Below are positions 57,145 to 64,000 of a DNA stretch of 64,000 nt, in pieces (the stretch's first letter is position 1; every line of letters starts with the position of its first letter). Source of the stretch: Thecamonas trahens ATCC 50062 (lineage: Eukaryota; Protista; Apusomonadida); the NCBI RefSeq assembly GCF_000142905.1, contig NW_013657618.1, forward strand, positions 62,001 through 126,000, written 5' to 3'. Both the position numbers and the translations under genes were made by a program. A model generated the notes under the pieces. That model saw only the letters and a program-made list of their open reading frames with translations, did not search any database and had not been told where the DNA came from.

Positions 57145-60100
57145 TTACTGCGCAGCTCCGGCGAGGATGTCGTCGTCCGTGAGGTAGATGGCCGGTCGCG
57201 GGGAGGCACAGGGTACGCCAAGTCTAGCGGCGAGAGTTGCGGTGAGCGACTCGACGTTCTTGAGGCGAAGCAGGAAGAGCGAGAGGTGGTCAAAGGTGAC
57301 CTCTGGAGCCGCCGGGGAGGTGGCGGACGATGCGATGTCGCCGGGGCGCCCTGGACGGGTTGTGGTGCCCGAGGTGCGCTCGTCCCAGAGGATGGCAACC
57401 TTGTTGAGCACGAGGGTCGGCGCCATGCGGGAAACTTCCTCGTCAAGGGCTTGGACCTTGTTGACGAGTGAGGCGCAGACCCGCTCAACGACGTCGACAC
57501 GCTCAGCGTCAGAGCCGGGGGCTGGCGAGGTGAGCGGCGGGACGAGCGACTCGGCTAGTTGGATGAGCTCGTCGCGCGAGGGGGTGGCGGCAAGGGCGGC
57601 GGCGAGCTTGGCGTCAACGTCATCGAGCCGGCGGACAATGTCGGCAGCCTGAGGTGGCTCATCGTCGCTGTCAAAGCGGACCTCAAAGGCGTGCAGGCTG
57701 GCGTCGACGTCGGCCAGCTTGGCCTCAACAGCCGATTCGACGGCATCGAGTCGGGCAAGGATACTGATGTCGCGCACTGCCACATGCTTCTCGAAGGTGC
57801 TGAGCGCATCGGCGAGTCGTGCAGACTCGTTGCCCAGCGCCGACGATGCAGACAGCGCCATCGAGGCCTTGGAAAGGGCGGTGGCCACGGCCTCGGCGTC
57901 TGCGACAGAAGGGCTCGCTGGCTCGGGCTCGGCCGCCACCAGCTTGGCGAGCTTCGCAGACTCTGCAGCGACTGCGGCCTCGAGCTGTGCAAGCCTTGCG
58001 GTCTCTGAGGCGGTGACAGCGGCGCGGAGCTTTGCAGACTCGGACTCTGAGGCCAGGGCGGACGCGAGTGAGTCAATTTCGGCTGCTGCGGCGGCCTGGA
58101 GCGAGTCGATGCGCGTAGCTGTGGCCTTCAGCGAGGCAATATCGGCCGTGACCGACTTGAGCGATTCGCAGTTGTAGGAGGCGGTAGACCTGACCGAGTC
58201 GATGTCAGCGGTGGTTGTGCTGTGGAGCGAGTCGATGTCGGCAGCAACCGACTTGAGCAGGTCGCGGTTGCCAGCTGTAGTAGTCTTCAGCGACTCGATA
58301 TCGGCGCTGGTGGCAGCCTGGAGCGAGAAAATGTCGGCGGCAGTAGACTTGAGCGCTTCACAGTTGTCAGCAGTAGCAGCCTTGACCGACTCGATGTCAG
58401 CGACTGCAGCCTCGAGTGAGCAAACGTTATCGGCAACAGACCTGAGCAACTCGGAATTCTCCAGACTGGCGGCCTCCAGAGAGGCGATTCCAGAGGTGAT
58501 GTCCTTCAGCGACTCGATTTCAGCAACCGCAGCCTTGACCGACTCGATGTCAGCGACTGCAGCCTTCAGCGCGTCGACGTCAGCAACTGCAGCCTTGACC
58601 GACTCGATGTCAGCAAACGCGGCCTTCAGCGCGTCGATGTCAGCAAACGCGGCCTTCAGCGACTCGATGTCAGCAACCGCAGCCTTGACCGACTCGATGT
58701 CAGCGACTGCAGCCTTGACCGACTCGATGTCAGCAAACGCGGCCTTCAGCGACTCGATGTCAGCAACCGCAGCCTTGACCGACTCGATGTCAGCGACTGC
58801 AGCCTCGAGTGAGCAAACGTTATCGGCAACAGACCTGAGCAACTCGGAATTCTCCAGACTGGCAGCCTCCAGAGAGGCGATTCCAGAGGTGATGTCCTTC
58901 AGCGACTCGATTTCAGCAACCGCAGCCTTGACCGACTCGATGTCAGCGACTGCAGCCTTGACCGACTCGATGTCAGCAAACGCGGCCTTCAGCGCGTCGA
59001 TGTCAGCAAACGCGGCCTTCAGCGACTCGATTTCAGCAACCGCAGCCTTGACCGACTCGATGTCAGCGACTGCAGCCTTGACCGACTCGATGTCAGCAAC
59101 CGCAGCCTTCAGCGCGTCGACGTCAGCAACCGCAGCCTTGACCGACTCGATGTCAGCAAACGCGGCCTTCAGCGCATCGATGTCAGCAAACGCGGCCTTC
59201 AGCGACTCGATTTCAGCAACCGCATCCTTGACCGACTCGACGTCAGCAACCGCAGCCTTGACCGACTCGATGTCAGCAAACGCGGCCTTCAGCGACTCAA
59301 TGTCAGCAACTGCAGCCTCATGTGAGGCAACGACAGCGGCAACAGATTCGAGCGAATCGCAATTATCGGCAGCGGTAGCCTTCAGCGAGTCTACATCAAT
59401 GATGACTGCCTCGACTGCACTGCTGTGGGCAGCTTCAGCTTCCTGCAGCAAGCCCTTGACCGTCTCTACATCCGCCACGACATCGGCGATTGCGTCGTTG
59501 CGGCTGGCGGTCTCGGCCTCAACCAGGTCCTTAAGCGCATCCAGTCCGTTCGCAACGCGGGCTTCAAGGCTCCCGAGAACATCCATTTCGGCGGCCAAGG
59601 TTGCAACTGCGGCCTCAAGCTTGGCGACAACAGGGCCCTCAATAGCGCACACGCGCGTGGCCAGGCGTCCACTCTCAGTTTGTGCGGCAGCCACAGTTGC
59701 CGCGACTGCAGCGACATCGGCGAGTGCACGCTCACTGTCGCGCTGGGCCACCGCGGTGACGTGCTCTAGCTCGGCAACAACCTTGGCGGTGGTGTTGGCC
59801 ACAGCCAACGCGCGGGCAACGTCACCACCGATGACGGCAGCCTCGGACTTGCCAGCAGACTTGGCCTCTGCCACAATGACGCGCAGACCGTCGATGGCCT
59901 CAAGGGCGTGTGCAACATCGGCCTTGGTCTCCGAGACAACGGCCTCAAAAGACGCAGCGATGGTCCGAGCGTCAGTCTCGGCCACACCCGATGCGCCGAG
60001 CGCGAGGGCGGACGTCGCTTCCCGTGTTTCGTCTACGGCAGCCTCCAACTTGCTGATCTTGCCAGACAGCGCACCCACAGCGGCCTCCAGCGCAGATGTG

Positions 60101-62369
60101 GTCGACAGGGCTGTGCTCACCACGGTGTCAAGGTCAGAGGTGGTTGCCATGGAGATGGATCGTGTTTCCTCAGCAGCAGCACTTGCGTTGGCGGCTAGCG
60201 CAGCGGCACCGTCAGCTACGGACTTGACATTGGCCACAGCACCAAAGGCAGCCTTGACCTCTGCCGCAGCTGCCTCGGCCACTGCCTTGACCTCGGCCAC
60301 GGATGCCTCGGCCACCGCCTGAACTTCAGCCACCGCCTTGGTCGCAGCGTTGGCCTCGGCCGTGGATGCCTCGGCCAATGCCCTGACCTCGGCCACTGCC
60401 TCGGTCGCTGCCCTGGCCTCGACCGCCGCCACATCGGCCACAGTCTTGACCTCGGCCACGGATGCGTCAGCCACTGCCTTGATCTCGGCCACGACCTTGG
60501 TCGCAGCGTTGGCCTCGGCCGCAGCCGTACTGGCCACCACCTTGGCCTCAGCCACTGCCTCGGTCGCAGCGTTGGCCTCGGCCGTGAATGCCTCGGCCAA
60601 TGCCCTGACCTCGGCCACCGCCTCGGTCGCAGCGTTGGCCTCGACCGCGGATGCCTCGGCCAAAGCCCTGACCTCGGCCACTGCCTCGGTCGCAGCCCTG
60701 GCCTCGACCGCCGCCGCATCGGCCACAGTCTTGACCTCGGCCACGGATGCGTCAGCCACTGCCTTGACCTCGGCCACGACCTTGGTCGCAGCGTTGGCCT
60801 CGGCCGCAGCCGTACTGGCCACCACCTTGGCCTCAGCCACTGCCTCGGTCGCAGCCCTGGCCTCGACCGCGGATGCCTCGGCCAATTCCCTGACCTCGGC
60901 TACGGATGCGTCAGCCACTGCCTTGACCTCGGTCACGACCTTGGTCGCAGCGTTGGCCTCGGCCGCAGCCGTACTGGCCACCACCTTGGCCTCAGCCACC
61001 GCCTCGGTCGCAGCGTTGGCCTCGGCCGTGAATGCCTCGGCCAATGCCCTGACCTCGGCCACCGCCTCGGTCACAGCCCTGGCCTCGACCGCCGCCGCAT
61101 CGGAAACCGCCCTGACCTCGGCCACCGTCTCAGTCGCAGCCCTGGCCTCGACCGCCGCTGCGCTGGCCACTTCCTTGACCTCAGCCACCGCATCAGACAC
61201 CACCTGGATCCCGGCGACAGATTCCTCGGCTACCGCCTCGGCAGTAGCCTTGGCCTCAGCCCCAGCCGCTTCGGCAGCAGTTCTTACCTCTTCCACCATC
61301 TTTGCCACAGATTTGACCTCGGCCTCGAACCCGTTCATCCGCGCCTCGACTGCTGCTGCCACCGCAGCGGCGTTGAGCCCAACCTCCACCTTGTCGACGC
61401 GGACGGCCATGGCCTTGGCCAAGCTATCGAGCTTGTCCACCTGCGCCGCCGCTGCCTCGGCAGCTTCCTTGACGGCCGTCACACTGGCTGCATCACCGGC
61501 GACTCGCGAGACTGCCGCCACAAGGCTCTCCACTCGCTCCTGGACCTCGCCGGCGAGCTCGTCTACCCGGGCGTTGAGCTCGCCAAACAGCTCGGTCGTC
61601 TGGCCCTGCAGCAGCCGCACCACCTGTGCCGTCTTGCGCTTGATGCCGTTGTTGGCGGCGACGTTGGCTCCGAGCACCCCCACGTTCGTCTCCATCTCGG
61701 CCACCCGCCCGGCAAGCGCAACAAGCTCGCGCTGCATATCAAGCGACGCGCACGCCATCTTCTGCGCAAGGTGCTCGACGTCAAACCCAAGTCTTTCCAT
61801 CTCCAGTCGGTGCGTGAGCACCGTGGTGTTAGCGTGAGAGACCTCAAACACAATCGGAGACGGCGCTCCTTCCGGCGAAGCCGGCTCCACAATGCTCCGC
61901 ACCGGTCGCCGGCTTGGCGACATCACGTTTGGGTCCATCACCGCCAGCGGCACACGCTCGCCACCTTTTCGCGGCGAGTTCTTGAGGTCGGCAATTGCAG
62001 AGAGCAGCACATCCGCAGACCGCATCACGTCCTCCACAGACTCGTTCATCGAGTGCAGCTGCGAGGCCGTTTCAGCAAGCGAGCTTCCACCGGCACCACT
62101 CGCGTACCGCCGGTACCCGCCACCGCCACCGTCTCCGCCGCCACCGCCACCGCGGTCGCCGTGCCCGCTGCTCGCAGACCCAGGCCGCCGACCATACGAC
62201 GACGTCGGCCGCCCGCCACCGCCGCCACCTCGTCCACCACCTCCAAACGGCCGACCAAGGTCGTCGTCGTCGTCATCGTCGTTGAACCGCCGCCCTAGCC
62301 CGGACCGATACTGGTAATGGTCGTCACCGCCACCGCCACCACCGGCACGCGGAAACTCGAGCGAGTTGG

Positions 62370-62403
<34 letters not shown>

Positions 62404-63999
62404 CGACGGAAGCCGATCACCCTCATGTCCACCACCGTACACACCGGACGCATTGGTTGACGCGCCAAACGAGGTTGTCGACGCCGTGTTGACCCAGCGC
62501 TGGACGTGTCCAGCTGCCGTGGGTCCGCTCGTGCGCCCACCGCCTTCGCCGTGACCGCCCTCGCCGCCAAACACTACCCGGTCCATCAGCTGGTTCACCG
62601 TTCCCTGGATTTTGGTGTTGAAAGTCTTGTTCGACTCCACATACGCCTCGAGCGCCTCGATCGACGCTGTCAGTGCGTCGAGATCCTGATACACCTCGGG
62701 GAAAGACTGCGTCACCAAGCCATCCATCTGCTCCTTGAGCGCTACAACATGCGAGACAACCGACGACACATCCGACCGCAGCGTCCCCATCCGATCGTCG
62801 AGCTCCGCCACTGTTGCCGCAGTCTCCTTGGAGCTGCTCCGCAGCGACTTGACCCGGTTCTCCACGCCCTTGACCCGCCGCTGCAGTGACCGCGCGCCGC
62901 TCGACTCGCCGCCGGCATTGTCCTCGTCCACGCCGGGAGAGAACCCACGGGACTTGTCCGGCGACAGCCGGCTAGCCGTCTCTCGGGCCGCACTCGCCTC
63001 CTCCCGCGCTGCAAGCGCCTCGGCCTGTACCCGCTCCACCGCGCCGAGAACCTCTGTCACTGCCGCCGACGACGACGCGTCGACCGCGTCGACTCGCTCT
63101 GTCAGCTCTGTCACCAACGCGCGGAGCTCAGTCACGTCGTTTCTCGCCATTTTCGAGTGCGAGACGGCCTCCTCCTTGGCGTTGTTGAGCCCCTCGTAGA
63201 CTTGTGCAAGGTCTCGCCGCATCGTCTTGAACTGTGAGACCGTGATGGCGCTCTCGCTGCTCTCACCGCTGCTCGTACCCCTGGCCTCTACAAGTTCCAT
63301 CAGCTGAGAGCGCACCCGCTCCAGCTCGTGGTTACGATCGACGCTGAGGCTTGCCACGTCCTGTTCCACAGACTCGAGCGCATACCGCAAACCGGCCACT
63401 TGCTCGCCCAGCGCCGCAAAAGTGCTGGCATCCACGCCTCCACCACTGCTCTCGTCGCGGACTGCCGGACTATCATCGACAGAACGTGCCGCAGCTACCG
63501 CAGCCAGCTCGGCCCGGAGTTCGGTCACCGCCCGTGCGGCAGCATCCGCGGCATCGCGCACCGCGTCCTCGTTGCTTGCGCTTGTGGCATCTACCTTGCG
63601 CAGAATCCGGAGTTCCAGAGCGTCTAGATCACCCGGCGACACGCTGCTCTCCTGGGCGATCGCGGCAGGGGCTTGAATAGCCGCCACACTCTCCTCGATG
63701 GTGTGCAGAATTCGCCGCTCCAGCGCTTCGAGGTCACCAGGTGAGACTCCAGGGGTGGGCGAGCTTTCAACTGGGACCGGCGCTGCTGCCGCCGCCTTTG
63801 TGGCAACCTCGTCAATCTTGCGCATGACTCGTAGCTCGAGCGCGTCGAGATCAGCCGCCGCTGTCGCGGCTGGCATCGGCGCCGGCGCCTCTCCGGCGCG
63901 CTGCAGGGCGAGCATCGGCGCCCGCTGAGCCTCCAGCGCCGCCTGAAGCGCAGTATTGACCGACGCTGTTGTCTGGGCCTGCAGTGCGTGGATGGTCTG
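57145..63999 (-). CDS. Giant Ala-rich repetitive coiled-coil protein (>2,280 aa; 5' end beyond the window)
   Basis: Frame open to the window edge; repeated DLDALELRI motifs, a Gly/Ser linker, 10/11/21-aa repeats and 10-aa ADIESVKAAV repeats. Confidence 0.85.
58370..59320 (-). repeat. Coding 30-bp tandem repeats with a higher-order 393-bp-spaced duplication
   Basis: GCAGCCTTGACCGACTCGATGTCAGCAACC-type units; block DITSGIASLEAASLENSELLRSVADNVCSLE occurs twice. Confidence 0.9.
60250..61200 (-). repeat. Coding 63/33-bp tandem repeats
   Basis: EANAATEAVAEVRALAEAFTA (21 aa) and EVKTVADAAAV (11 aa) units. Confidence 0.88.
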
Positions 64000-64000
64000 A

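Overview
Gene-dense, very GC-rich eukaryotic (protist) genomic DNA with four N-gaps. The gene set (UBR4/BIG with a ZZ finger, POP-type organellar DNA polymerase, nuclear SDHD) and the intron style suggest a free-living flagellate such as an apusomonad (Thecamonas-like); this is inference only. About 23 genes or gene remnants are supported: a >5,800-codon intronless UBR4/BIG, MIX23, UBA52, DRG2, LSM2, the mRNA cap N7-methyltransferase, POP, CCT1, EMC6, SDHD, SEC6, a PX-BAR sorting nexin, tandem-CNB, PH, C2 and Kelch-LRR proteins, and several Ala-rich coiled-coil proteins. I reconstructed eight short 5'-proximal spliceosomal introns by phase matching, plus several apparent homopolymer frameshifts. 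The most striking item is a single-pass receptor-like RasGAP (signal peptide, LamG, Cys-rich repeats, TM helix, NF1-like GAP domain with arginine finger). It is plexin-like in logic but not in architecture and lies head-to-head with a cyclic-nucleotide-binding gene. Other oddities: a duplicated module of a 51-bp minisatellite plus ~125-bp tail, a secreted PLD/Nuc-family gene broken by three in-frame TAGs, a Stc1-like Zn finger joined to a sorting nexin across a duplication-derived candidate intron, and a giant protein with 10/11-residue helical repeats. No database searches were run; all family calls come from recognising motifs.
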